From Elusimicrobiales bacterium (lineage in GTDB: Bacteria > Elusimicrobiota > Elusimicrobia > Elusimicrobiales > UBA9959), in contig JBMFKQ010000023.1 of NCBI GenBank assembly GCA_049972095.1, positions 1 to 27,494 on the forward strand: 27,494 bases of DNA, in the 5' to 3' direction. This document shows, piece by piece, positions 18,623 through 27,223 of the stretch. Positions within the stretch are counted from its first letter, which is position 1. Each line of letters opens with the position of its first letter. The notes under the pieces were generated by a model that did no database searches, had not been told where the DNA came from, and saw only the letters and a program-made list of their open reading frames with translations. The position numbers and the translations under genes are program-made.

Positions 18623-20152
18623 ATGAAAAAAAAAGCGAGATATAGAATTTTAGAATTTAAAGCCCTGTTTTATGTTGTATTCTTTATCTTTCCAATAACT
18701 CTTTATCTTTCATCGCAGGAGGAGGTAGTTGAAAACAAGGCAAGATATGAAAATTTCCTTTCAGGAAAGCTCGAAAATGCTTTAACAAAGATCCTTGGAC
18801 CCAATCAAGTTAAGGTGTTAGTTGATGTCACTATGGATTACAGCAAAATTGAGAAGGTGGAATATGAAAGGAATAAAGAAAAAAAGGAATCACTTAAATT
18901 TTCACTTGAAAAAGAAGCAGGAGATATAAGTGGTGTTGAATATCTTATGCCTGGTTTTCAAGTTCCAACCATAGCTACGAAGGAAGATGATTTCCCGAAA
19001 TCTTATACAAAACAGCTTCTTATCCCATCAAATATGATTAAAAGAATAAAGGTTAGCCTTATAGTAAATGAAAATATAAATAACCAGATGGTATCCGCAA
19101 TTACAGATATAACCAAGCAGGTGCTTTCTCTTGATGAAAAGAGAGGCGATCAGGTTATTGTTATAAAATCATTCTTTGCACCAATGTGGAAGACAATATG
19201 GTATGATCCGCAATCATTTAATTTTATAATGAGATACATAATATTATCACTTGTAGGAGTTATTAGTCTTTTGATTGTAGCAATGGGTTTTTTAAAGCTT
19301 GCAAGCGCTATGAATACAATGGCAAGGGTTCATCAAACTCATCAGATAACAATGGAGGTTAATCCTGGACAAGGACAGGGTTTATCACCTCAAGGAGTAG
19401 TAATTCCTGACATGAGCAAACCACAGGGTTTCATAGAAGGAGCAAAAATATCCTCTGAGACAGCAGAAGAGAATGCAGAAAAGGTTTATTTTAATGTAAA
19501 ACCATATCAGATAGATGCTCTTGTGAGTCTTATGATAAAGGAAGATCCATCGAATGTTGCGATAGTTGTTGATCATCTAAGGGATGATATTAAAAAGGAG
19601 TTTATATCAAGACTTCCAGAGAATTTTGTGGCAGAGGTAATAAAAGGACTTTCTCAGATAAGATTTATTGATAAGGATACGATTTTGACTCTTAAAGAAG
19701 AGCTTGAGGCAAGACTTGATGGTGTTATTGGGGGTGTTAGAAATACTATAGAGCTTCTCTCACACATGGGGTGGCTTGAAAAATCAAGGATTGTAAAAAA
19801 TATAGAGGTAAAATATCCTGAACTTTATCTTGAGCTTAAAAAACGCATCCTTCTTTTTGATGATCTTGAGTATTTTCAACCAGAAGAAATATCCATAATA
19901 GTATCCTCAACAAACATTGAAGACTGGGCTAATGTCTTTTCTATTATGAATGAGGGTTTGAAAGATAAGTTAAAAGCTGAGTTATCCTCTACAGCATGGA
20001 AGATAATAGAAGAAAAGTCAAAGGGAGAAATAGCAAAGGATAAGATTGAATCATCAATATCGGCGATAATGAGTTCAGTTGAAAAGCTTATTTCTGAGGG
20101 AAGAATAAAAAAACCTGAAATAAAGATTGAAGGTTTTATAAACAAGGAATAA
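18623..20152 (+). CDS. FliF C-terminal ring-building domain / TM / FliG middle and C-terminal domain fusion
   Basis: aa ~40-186 FliF-RBM3-like (KLENALTKILGPNQVKVLV..MDY, IKRIKVSLIVN, DEKRGDQVIV...F); TM ~201-224; FliG-like EDPSNVAIVVDHL, GGVRNTIELL, ILLFDDL, EKLISEGRI. Confidence 0.8.
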   Translation: MKKKARYRILEFKALFYVVFFIFPITLYLSSQEEVVENKARYENFLSGKLENALTKILGPNQVKVLVDVTMDYSKIEKVEYERNKEKKESLKFSLEKEAGDISGVEYLMPGFQVPTIATKEDDFPKSYTKQLLIPSNMIKRIKVSLIVNENINNQMVSAITDITKQVLSLDEKRGDQVIVIKSFFAPMWKTIWYDPQSFNFIMRYIILSLVGVISLLIVAMGFLKLASAMNTMARVHQTHQITMEVNPGQGQGLSPQGVVIPDMSKPQGFIEGAKISSETAEENAEKVYFNVKPYQIDALVSLMIKEDPSNVAIVVDHLRDDIKKEFISRLPENFVAEVIKGLSQIRFIDKDTILTLKEELEARLDGVIGGVRNTIELLSHMGWLEKSRIVKNIEVKYPELYLELKKRILLFDDLEYFQPEEISIIVSSTNIEDWANVFSIMNEGLKDKLKAELSSTAWKIIEEKSKGEIAKDKIESSISAIMSSVEKLISEGRIKKPEIKIEGFINKE

Positions 20153-20155
20153 ATT

Positions 20156-21187
20156 ATGCCGGAAGAAAGATCAATATTTTCAAGGCTAAAACCCATAAAT
20201 ATAGATGAAGAAAAGGAGGAAAACCCTTCTCGTTTTCAAGAAGCATCATCTCAGAAACTCTCCTCATTGAGTGATGTATCCATAAAAAATGATATAGTAT
20301 TTCTTAAGGAAAAGATATCTTCAATAGAAAAAGCAATCTCTGAGTTATCAAAAAGTCAGCTATCTTTAACACCATCTCAAGTTAGAGAGGAAATACTTTT
20401 AGCGATAAAAGGTGTTATAAATGAGGAGTTTTTAAAGATATTCTCAGCTTTGGATAAAAGTGTAGAACAAATCATTGTCAATAGCGTAAGTTCATTGAAA
20501 TCTGAGATTATGAAAATGGTTGATGAGGAGATTAAAAGTTCAATAGATAAAAATCTTTGGGTTATAGAAAGTTTAAAGAATATTAGTTCAGAGGATTTTA
20601 AAAAGCTTGAAGATATGTCAATTAAACTTGACTTTATTGCAAAGCTCTATGATAAGATAGAAAGCTTTGAGGATATACCAAAATGCTTGAGAGATGATAT
20701 GACATCGGAGTTTAATAAGATAACACAGAATATTCAGAATATATTTGTCAGTTTTAAATCAGAGATGCTTGATGAAATTTCAAAAAATATTGAAAAAATA
20801 ACCTATGACAAGCTTTCTGAAATAAAGAATGGATTAATAAGTAGATTTGATGGAGTAGAAAATAGCATTAAACAGGAACTAACGAAAAATACAGCATCAG
20901 TCTCTAATGACTTGCATCTTATTTTAAAGGAAACTGATGATTTGAGTAAGTGTGTTAGTCATATATCAACTATGGTAAAAAAGATTACAGAAGTCCAGGC
21001 TGAGATGATAGAAAAGGAGTTAAAAAGTCTTGAAGTGACTTTCAGAGATCTAAAGAATAAGCTTCTCAGTGAGGAAGAGCTCAAGAATTTAGTTTCAATT
21101 AAAAAATACTCTGGTGTAATGATTGATATAGAAGCAAGAATAAAGCGCATTGAGAGTATTATAGCCTCTATTATAAAAAAATCTTAA
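20156..21187 (+). CDS. Cytoplasmic alpha-helical/coiled-coil hypothetical protein
   Basis: K/E/I/S/L-rich amphipathic helical pattern; no signal peptide or TM; 3-bp and 6-bp gaps to neighbours. Confidence 0.8.
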   Translation: MPEERSIFSRLKPINIDEEKEENPSRFQEASSQKLSSLSDVSIKNDIVFLKEKISSIEKAISELSKSQLSLTPSQVREEILLAIKGVINEEFLKIFSALDKSVEQIIVNSVSSLKSEIMKMVDEEIKSSIDKNLWVIESLKNISSEDFKKLEDMSIKLDFIAKLYDKIESFEDIPKCLRDDMTSEFNKITQNIQNIFVSFKSEMLDEISKNIEKITYDKLSEIKNGLISRFDGVENSIKQELTKNTASVSNDLHLILKETDDLSKCVSHISTMVKKITEVQAEMIEKELKSLEVTFRDLKNKLLSEEELKNLVSIKKYSGVMIDIEARIKRIESIIASIIKKS

Positions 21188-21193
21188 TCTGAC

Positions 21194-21883
21194 ATGGCAA
21201 TATACAGAATAAGAAAAGATGAGCTTGAAAATCAACTGAATAAATCTGCACTTTGGGCTATAACATATGGAGATTTAATGAGCTATTTAATGATATTCTT
21301 TCTTATACTTTTTTCATTTGCCATAGCAAAATCAGATAGGACGAAGCAAAGAAAATATGAGGCATCTCTTATAAAAATTCAGCAAGCCTTTGGTGGTGAG
21401 GTAGGTCATGAGTATCTTGAAAGGAAAAAGCAGGAGATGAACGAGGAGGATTTTGGAAAAAAGCTTGAGGAACTCAAAGAAAAAAGTGCAAAAAATATCT
21501 TTGAGGTTGAGATAAATGAAAAAAGAGTAAAACTTACACTTAAAGAAGGTATTCTTTTTGATTCTGGAAGTGCAGTTCTTAAATCTCAGGCTCAAAATAT
21601 ACTTTTACCTGTGATAAATGAGTTGAAAAAATTGCCAAATGATATTGTTATTGAAGGGCATACGGATAATGTCCCTATAAAAGGAGGACGTTACGCTACA
21701 AATTTTGAACTTTCTATGGCAAGAGCATATTCTGTTATAGAATTTATGAGAAAAAATGGAATTGACCCAAGACGCTTAAGTGGTATAGGATATGGTGAGT
21801 GGAGACCAATAGCAGACAACTCAACACCTGAAGGAAGATCTAAGAATAGAAGAATTGAAATAACACTTATAAGGAAGGATTAA
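21194..21883 (+). CDS. motB: Stator B subunit (MotB/PomB family) with OmpA-like peptidoglycan-binding domain
   Basis: WAITYGDLMSYLMIFFLIL with conserved Asp27; EGHTDNVPI, NFELSMARA, GYGEWRP, RSKNRRIEI. Confidence 0.92.
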   Translation: MAIYRIRKDELENQLNKSALWAITYGDLMSYLMIFFLILFSFAIAKSDRTKQRKYEASLIKIQQAFGGEVGHEYLERKKQEMNEEDFGKKLEELKEKSAKNIFEVEINEKRVKLTLKEGILFDSGSAVLKSQAQNILLPVINELKKLPNDIVIEGHTDNVPIKGGRYATNFELSMARAYSVIEFMRKNGIDPRRLSGIGYGEWRPIADNSTPEGRSKNRRIEITLIRKD

Positions 21884-24090
21884 TTTTTTTGCTTTAAATC
21901 ATAGAGATAGTTTTTTGTGTGAAAGTAGAAATGAGGAAGTGATAGTTTTTTAAATACTCTGTCAATTTTTATAATATCATCTTCTTGCAGTTTTTTCTCA
22001 AATATCATTTTTGCAAACTCTGGCATAAGAATTAAAAGATCATTTGAAGGCTCAAAATCTATTTTAAAGTTTAATTTATTAAGTTTTTCAAGAATACCTT
22101 CAATCTTATCTATTACAGATAAATCATGTCTCTTTATAAATCTGATTATAGAAGAGTTAATAAAGCTTTTAAAATGGTAGCTTATATCTTCATAAAGATT
22201 TTCCTCCACCATTAATGGATATATTTGAGCAATTTCTATAAAAGAGTTTAATTTGTTTTCTATTTCTTCTATCTCTTTTTGTTTTATCTCAGTTAGTATC
22301 AGTTTAAGTAACTCAAGCTGAGCTGGCGTATTAAAGTCATATATTGAGAAAATGTTTGAAATTCCATTGATCTCAGCTGATATTTTTATTCTTTCTAATG
22401 ATGAGAGATCTAAATTTATTTTTAAATTGAACAAACTGCCATCTCTCTTTTTTATTTCACTGGATACCCCGCAAACAAAACCTTGAGTATTACATTTCTT
22501 TATATCTATACTCCATATTGAGTTTTGATATGCATATTCATTTCTAAATAAACTTTTTAATGTTAAATAAACAGCTGTTTTTTTATCATCCATTTTACTT
22601 TTCTTAACAAGCTTTTCATAAACACCTCTTCCATTTTTAAACTCCGAAAAATTTGAAGGGGCAAGTTCAAGCAGTGATATAAATCCCTTTTCTATTCCTC
22701 TGTATCCAAGTTCATCAGTAATCTCTGATGCTTTCATAGCATTTTTCATTATAAGCTGTGACTCTATCCTTGATATATCATTAAAAAACCAGCCGCAACT
22801 TATGCGTGAAAGAGACTTATATCTAAACATCTCAAGTATCTTTAATGCCCTTTCTTTGTTTCCTTTTGTGTTTTCTTTAAGGTGTTTTGAGAAGAATTCC
22901 TCATCTGATATCTTTCCGTTTATTAAATCTATATACTCAATTATAGATGCAAGATTATCTTTGAATAATTTCTTTCCCTCTTCTTCAAATATATCATTTA
23001 CTACTTCACTTAGCCAGTTAACCGCAGCTCTAAGTCCTCTTCTCCATTCTGTTGAGTATTTACCTTCATCTCCGCATGGACATCCTCCACTCCATCTCCT
23101 TATACCATGCTCACAACTCCAGCTTGTTCCCTGACCATCAGGTCCAGGATTGAGTTGGCATATAGCGTAAACTTGTGATTTTTTTAGATACTGGTATGCT
23201 GATATAACCATAATCTCACGCTTTGAAAGTTCATGCCTGAATGTATGTGCTAAGGTTAGATCTGCAAACTTTTGATGATGTCCAAATGTCTCACCATCAC
23301 ATGCTATTACAAGTATATCAGAGTTCGTTTCCAGATATCTATGCTTGAGTTCCTTAGAGAATATCTCTGAGTTGAATGTTATATTGTTGAATGCGACTTT
23401 TTTTGAAAGGATATCATCGTATGCTATTATATCAATAAATCTTGATTGAATATAACTTCCATCAGTTCTATCATACCATCTATAGATTTTATTTGGAAGC
23501 ACAGGTATTTCTTTTTTTGTATCTGGATCAAAGGCTTTTAGTATCTGATGAGGAGAGAGTATGATGTATTTTATTGATGAATCTATAAGTAGCTTTAAGA
23601 CATCTTCATTCACTGCGCATTCTCCAAGCCACATTCCATAAGGTTTTGAACCAAATCTAAACTCAAAATCCTTTATACCCCAGTTTATCTGAACTATCTT
23701 GTCAAGAAACGAGTCAAGAGGTAATATTGTATGATTGTATGCTTGAGCCATAAAGTTGAAGCATGAGTTTTTGGTTTTATTAAATGTTCCTGTTATCTTT
23801 TGATAATAATATGGATATTTTTTTTCAATCCATGAAAGAATAGTAGGTCCGAAATCAAGGTTAAAATATTCGCAGTTATTTATTATCTCAATTATTTCAC
23901 TCTGGTTATCATAGATCCTTGCATAGAGATTTGGAAAATATGATTCCATAGCTATTCTATGATTCCAGTTATCGTAGGGTTTTGAGGTATAGTCAATCTC
24001 TATTTCTCCGGTATATGGGTTTTCTCTTGGAGGTTGATAAAAGTGAGTGTGTATTATTAAATATTTGTTATCTTTGATTTTTCCATCCAT
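21880..24090 (-). CDS. GH57-related glycoside hydrolase, DUF3536 family
   Basis: HTHFYQPPRENP, NWNHRI..ESY, AQAYNHTILPL, GMWLGECAV, DGETFGHH, SWSCEHG..RW, SCGWFF; AGGAG SD. Confidence 0.88.
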   Translation of the reverse strand: MDGKIKDNKYLIIHTHFYQPPRENPYTGEIEIDYTSKPYDNWNHRIAMESYFPNLYARIYDNQSEIIEIINNCEYFNLDFGPTILSWIEKKYPYYYQKITGTFNKTKNSCFNFMAQAYNHTILPLDSFLDKIVQINWGIKDFEFRFGSKPYGMWLGECAVNEDVLKLLIDSSIKYIILSPHQILKAFDPDTKKEIPVLPNKIYRWYDRTDGSYIQSRFIDIIAYDDILSKKVAFNNITFNSEIFSKELKHRYLETNSDILVIACDGETFGHHQKFADLTLAHTFRHELSKREIMVISAYQYLKKSQVYAICQLNPGPDGQGTSWSCEHGIRRWSGGCPCGDEGKYSTEWRRGLRAAVNWLSEVVNDIFEEEGKKLFKDNLASIIEYIDLINGKISDEEFFSKHLKENTKGNKERALKILEMFRYKSLSRISCGWFFNDISRIESQLIMKNAMKASEITDELGYRGIEKGFISLLELAPSNFSEFKNGRGVYEKLVKKSKMDDKKTAVYLTLKSLFRNEYAYQNSIWSIDIKKCNTQGFVCGVSSEIKKRDGSLFNLKINLDLSSLERIKISAEINGISNIFSIYDFNTPAQLELLKLILTEIKQKEIEEIENKLNSFIEIAQIYPLMVEENLYEDISYHFKSFINSSIIRFIKRHDLSVIDKIEGILEKLNKLNFKIDFEPSNDLLILMPEFAKMIFEKKLQEDDIIKIDRVFKKLSLPHFYFHTKNYLYDLKQKN

Positions 24091-24271
24091 AGAAACTCCT
24101 TTTTACTCATAGGATATTTTATGCAATTTATCATAATTTATCATTAGCTCATAATCGTAGCTTTTTTTATTTTTCATTATGTCTATTGTTACAGAGACTA
24201 CATAATACACACATGTTTAGATACTCTTTCTGAATATCCGCGCATTTGCTAGTAGCATAGATATCTCTATT

Positions 24272-25465
24272 TCATATATATATCCTTCTTATTTTTATCC
24301 ATATTAAGCTTGTAAGTGTGATTGCTGCTGAAATTACAGCGCTTATTAAGAAAGGAGTAGATGGGCTGAATCTATCCCAAAGTAAGCCTGCTATTATGCT
24401 TGAAAAAAGAAGTGATATTCCTGTAAGCGAATGATAAACTCCCATTGCTGTGGCTCTATTTTCTTCCTGGGTAAGTGATGATATTACTGCCTTTGCAATA
24501 CCTTCGTTTAGTGCTCCATAAAGACTATATACGGCAAATGCGGCTGTTATGGTTTCTTTTGTATTTGCAATAGAAAACATCACACATACTATAGCAAAAA
24601 CCAAAAAACCTGAGGTGAAAAGTTTAGCTTTACCTAATCTGTCTGCTAAAACTCCTGCAGGAGTTGAAAGAATTGTATATAGGATGTTGTAGAAAAAATA
24701 GACCCATATAACTCCAGATGTTGAAAAGCCAGTTTTTTTAGCCTTCATTATAAAAAAAGCATCTGAGAATTTAAAAAGAAAGAAGATAGTGCTAATTGTT
24801 ATAAAGATCTTAAAATCCTTTGAAAAGGAGAAAAGACTAATTCTTTTATTTATTTCAAGATTAGCATCATTGTTGTTTTTTTCTGAGATGTATTTTATCA
24901 GTATAAAAACTCCCGCCAGAGCAGGGATGAATGATATTGTAAATATGTATCTGTATGATGATGGGGTTTCGCCAAGTTTCCATATGAGTAGAAGCGTTAT
25001 GAGTGGTCCTATTGCGGCACCAAGCGTATCCATAGCTCTGTGAAAACCAAATGCTTTTCCCCAATGTTGTTTAGAAACTGATGATGCGATAAGAGCATCT
25101 CTTGGAGAGGTTCTTATCCCTTTTCCAACTCTATCTATGAATCTTGCAAAAAGCACGAGATACCATGATGATGCAACAGCCATAAGTGGCTTTGATACTG
25201 AGGAAAGTGAGTATCCAAGAACTACAAAAGATTTTCTCTTTTTGAATTTGTCGCTCAGATAACCCCCGTAGATTTTAAGTATGCTTGCCGTTGCTTCAGC
25301 AATTCCTTCTACTAAGCCTATGATTGACATAGGAGCATTTAGCACTGAGTTTAGAAATATTGGAATTACAGGGTATAGCATTTCACTTGATATATCAGTC
25401 AATCCACTTACTATACCAAGAACAACAACATTTTTGCTTAATCCTTCTTTAAATTTACTAAGCAT
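24272..25465 (-). CDS. Major facilitator superfamily transporter
   Basis: S.LTDISSEM, GLVEGIAE, GYLSDKFKKRK (motif A), RFIDRVGKGIRTSPRD, AFGFHRAMDTLGA; about 12 TMs; AAGGA SD favours ATG 25465. Confidence 0.92.
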   Translation of the reverse strand: MLSKFKEGLSKNVVVLGIVSGLTDISSEMLYPVIPIFLNSVLNAPMSIIGLVEGIAEATASILKIYGGYLSDKFKKRKSFVVLGYSLSSVSKPLMAVASSWYLVLFARFIDRVGKGIRTSPRDALIASSVSKQHWGKAFGFHRAMDTLGAAIGPLITLLLIWKLGETPSSYRYIFTISFIPALAGVFILIKYISEKNNNDANLEINKRISLFSFSKDFKIFITISTIFFLFKFSDAFFIMKAKKTGFSTSGVIWVYFFYNILYTILSTPAGVLADRLGKAKLFTSGFLVFAIVCVMFSIANTKETITAAFAVYSLYGALNEGIAKAVISSLTQEENRATAMGVYHSLTGISLLFSSIIAGLLWDRFSPSTPFLISAVISAAITLTSLIWIKIRRIYI

Positions 25466-25584
25466 AATATCCTTCTTATTAAAACTATATTTTACAATAC
25501 CTGTTTCATAACTTGAAATACAAAATCCGACATTCAAAATTCAAAATTTAACATTTCACATCTCACTTTTTGTAATATTTATTT

Positions 25585-26310
25585 ATGGCACACTTTACTG
25601 ATGAATATTTAAAGATACCTGAAAATCACTGGTGGTATGTAACACGAAATGAGATAATTTATCTGCTTATTGTTAAATATTCAAATTCAGATAACCCCTG
25701 TGTTATTGATGTTGGATGTGGTTGTGGATTTCTTGTTAAGTATCTGCATAAAAAAGGAATTAAGGTAAAAGGGGTTGATAGCAATAGATCATTTGTTGAA
25801 TATGCAGCTAAACTTGGGGTTGATATTGATGTTGGAGATATAGAAAAAGGTATCAAAACCTATAATAAATACGATGTTGTCATACTTTCAGATGTAGTTG
25901 AACATACAGATACCCCTAACACTATTATTAGAAATGCTTTGCTACTTCTTAAAGAAAATGGAATATGTATAGTTTTTGTTCCAGCATTTATGTTTTTATG
26001 GTCGTGGCATGATGTGATTAATTTTCACAAAAAAAGGTATACTCTTTGTGAGCTTGAAAGGCTTTTAGTTTCACAGGGGTTAGATGTGGTTTTTTCATCA
26101 TACTGGAATTTTTTTTCTTTTTTCCCAACTTTTATTGTTAGGATTTTTAAAAAGGTCTTAGGTATAAAGACTCCTGATTTCTATTCATTTTCACCTTTTC
26201 TAAACTCTTTTATAATTTTTTTATTAAGATTTGAGAATCTTCTTATAAAAAAAGGTTTTAAAATGCCTTTTGGGGTTAGTGCTTTTTGTGTTGGGGTTAA
26301 AAATCAATAG
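25585..26310 (+). CDS. Class I SAM-dependent methyltransferase
   Basis: HWWY..R N-motif, VIDVGCGCG SAM motif, DVVEH, VPAFMFLWS.HD...H..RY. Confidence 0.9.
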   Translation: MAHFTDEYLKIPENHWWYVTRNEIIYLLIVKYSNSDNPCVIDVGCGCGFLVKYLHKKGIKVKGVDSNRSFVEYAAKLGVDIDVGDIEKGIKTYNKYDVVILSDVVEHTDTPNTIIRNALLLLKENGICIVFVPAFMFLWSWHDVINFHKKRYTLCELERLLVSQGLDVVFSSYWNFFSFFPTFIVRIFKKVLGIKTPDFYSFSPFLNSFIIFLLRFENLLIKKGFKMPFGVSAFCVGVKNQ

Positions 26311-27173
26311 GTCTTTTTTATTGCAGTTATATCCTCATTAAAATATCCGCTTTTTATTGCTTTTTCAAAAATACTTTTCAAAAATTCTGTAGCATATATT
26401 TTTAAGTTTTTTTCCTCTGCTGCTTTTATTATATATCCTATATCCTTTGTTATGTTTTTAATTGAAAAGGATGTCTCAAAATTATCATAAATCAGATTAT
26501 ACTCTTTTCCTCTAAAAAAACCGCAGTTTAGAACAGGACTTTTCTTTAATGTATCAAAAAGAAGCAACGGATTAATACCTAATTTTTTTGAAAGCAGTGT
26601 TGCCTCAGTAATTCCTACAGTCATAAATGCAATGATGAGGTTAACAGAAAGTTTAAGTGCTGTGCTGTTTGGAACTTGTCCGGTATAGATTACTTCTCCG
26701 CCCATTGAAAGAAAGATTTTAGAAAATTTTTCAACATCTCTTTCCTCTCCTGATGCAAGTATCAAAAGTTCTCTGTTTTCTGCTTGTTTCTTTGAACCTA
26801 CAACAGGACAATCAAGAAATTTTATGCCCCTTTTTCTACATTCAACATCAATGTATTTGGAAAAATCAAAGCTTATTGTAGACATATTCACAATATAGTT
26901 TCCTGCTTTAAATCTTGAAAATATGCCAGCTGAACCCTCTATTACATCTCTTAGGGCATCATCATTTTCAACCATAATTATTACTGCCTCAACCATCTCT
27001 GCCATTATAGAAGGTGATGGTGCAATACTACAACCTTCCTTTTCAAATTCAAAGCACTTGGTTAAAGTCCTGTTATAAATAACAGGTTTATATCCATCCT
27101 TTATAAGATTTTTCAACATCTCCTTTCCCATTATTCCAAGTCCTATAAAACCAAGTCTAAAAGGAAGTTTCAT
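26304..27173 (-). CDS. NAD(P)-dependent beta-hydroxyacid dehydrogenase (3-hydroxyisobutyrate/GarR family)
   Basis: GFIGLGIMG Rossmann motif, NMSTIS, FLDCPVVGS, catalytic LKLSVN; GGAGG SD favours ATG 27173. Confidence 0.9.
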   Translation of the reverse strand: MKLPFRLGFIGLGIMGKEMLKNLIKDGYKPVIYNRTLTKCFEFEKEGCSIAPSPSIMAEMVEAVIIMVENDDALRDVIEGSAGIFSRFKAGNYIVNMSTISFDFSKYIDVECRKRGIKFLDCPVVGSKKQAENRELLILASGEERDVEKFSKIFLSMGGEVIYTGQVPNSTALKLSVNLIIAFMTVGITEATLLSKKLGINPLLLFDTLKKSPVLNCGFFRGKEYNLIYDNFETSFSIKNITKDIGYIIKAAEEKNLKIYATEFLKSIFEKAIKSGYFNEDITAIKKTY

Positions 27174-27223
27174 ACAAACCTCCAACAGGATATTTTCTTA
27201 TCATATAATTATGTTAATACATT

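Noticed and set aside
18623..20152. Ordinary fliF and fliG genes joined by a sequencing error
   Set aside because: Single clean 509-aa frame, far shorter than FliF plus FliG, with specific loss of RBM1/2 and FliG-N and an intact N-terminal signal/anchor
17864..21883. Zorya anti-phage system (ZorA/ZorB), with the coiled-coil gene as a split ZorA tail
   Set aside because: MotA has the flagellar 4-TM layout and RKxG torque loop, a FliG-like partner is adjacent, and no ZorC/D/E helicase or nuclease genes are present
17864..21883. ExbB/ExbD or TolQ/TolR energiser
   Set aside because: The B subunit has the MotB WxxxYxD TM and an OmpA-like domain, not an ExbD/TolR domain; no TonB or TolA nearby
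24125..24271. Cys-rich read-through frame after the MFS TGA, and the AATTTATCAT x2 repeat
   Set aside because: Short, no SD or recognisable motif; compatible with chance in AT-rich DNA
316..25856. Numerous 60-150 aa antisense or out-of-frame ORFs in the track (e.g. 3157..3462, 9493..9894, 13588..14052, 22802..23134)
   Set aside because: Nested within well-supported genes, no SD or motifs; shadow ORFs
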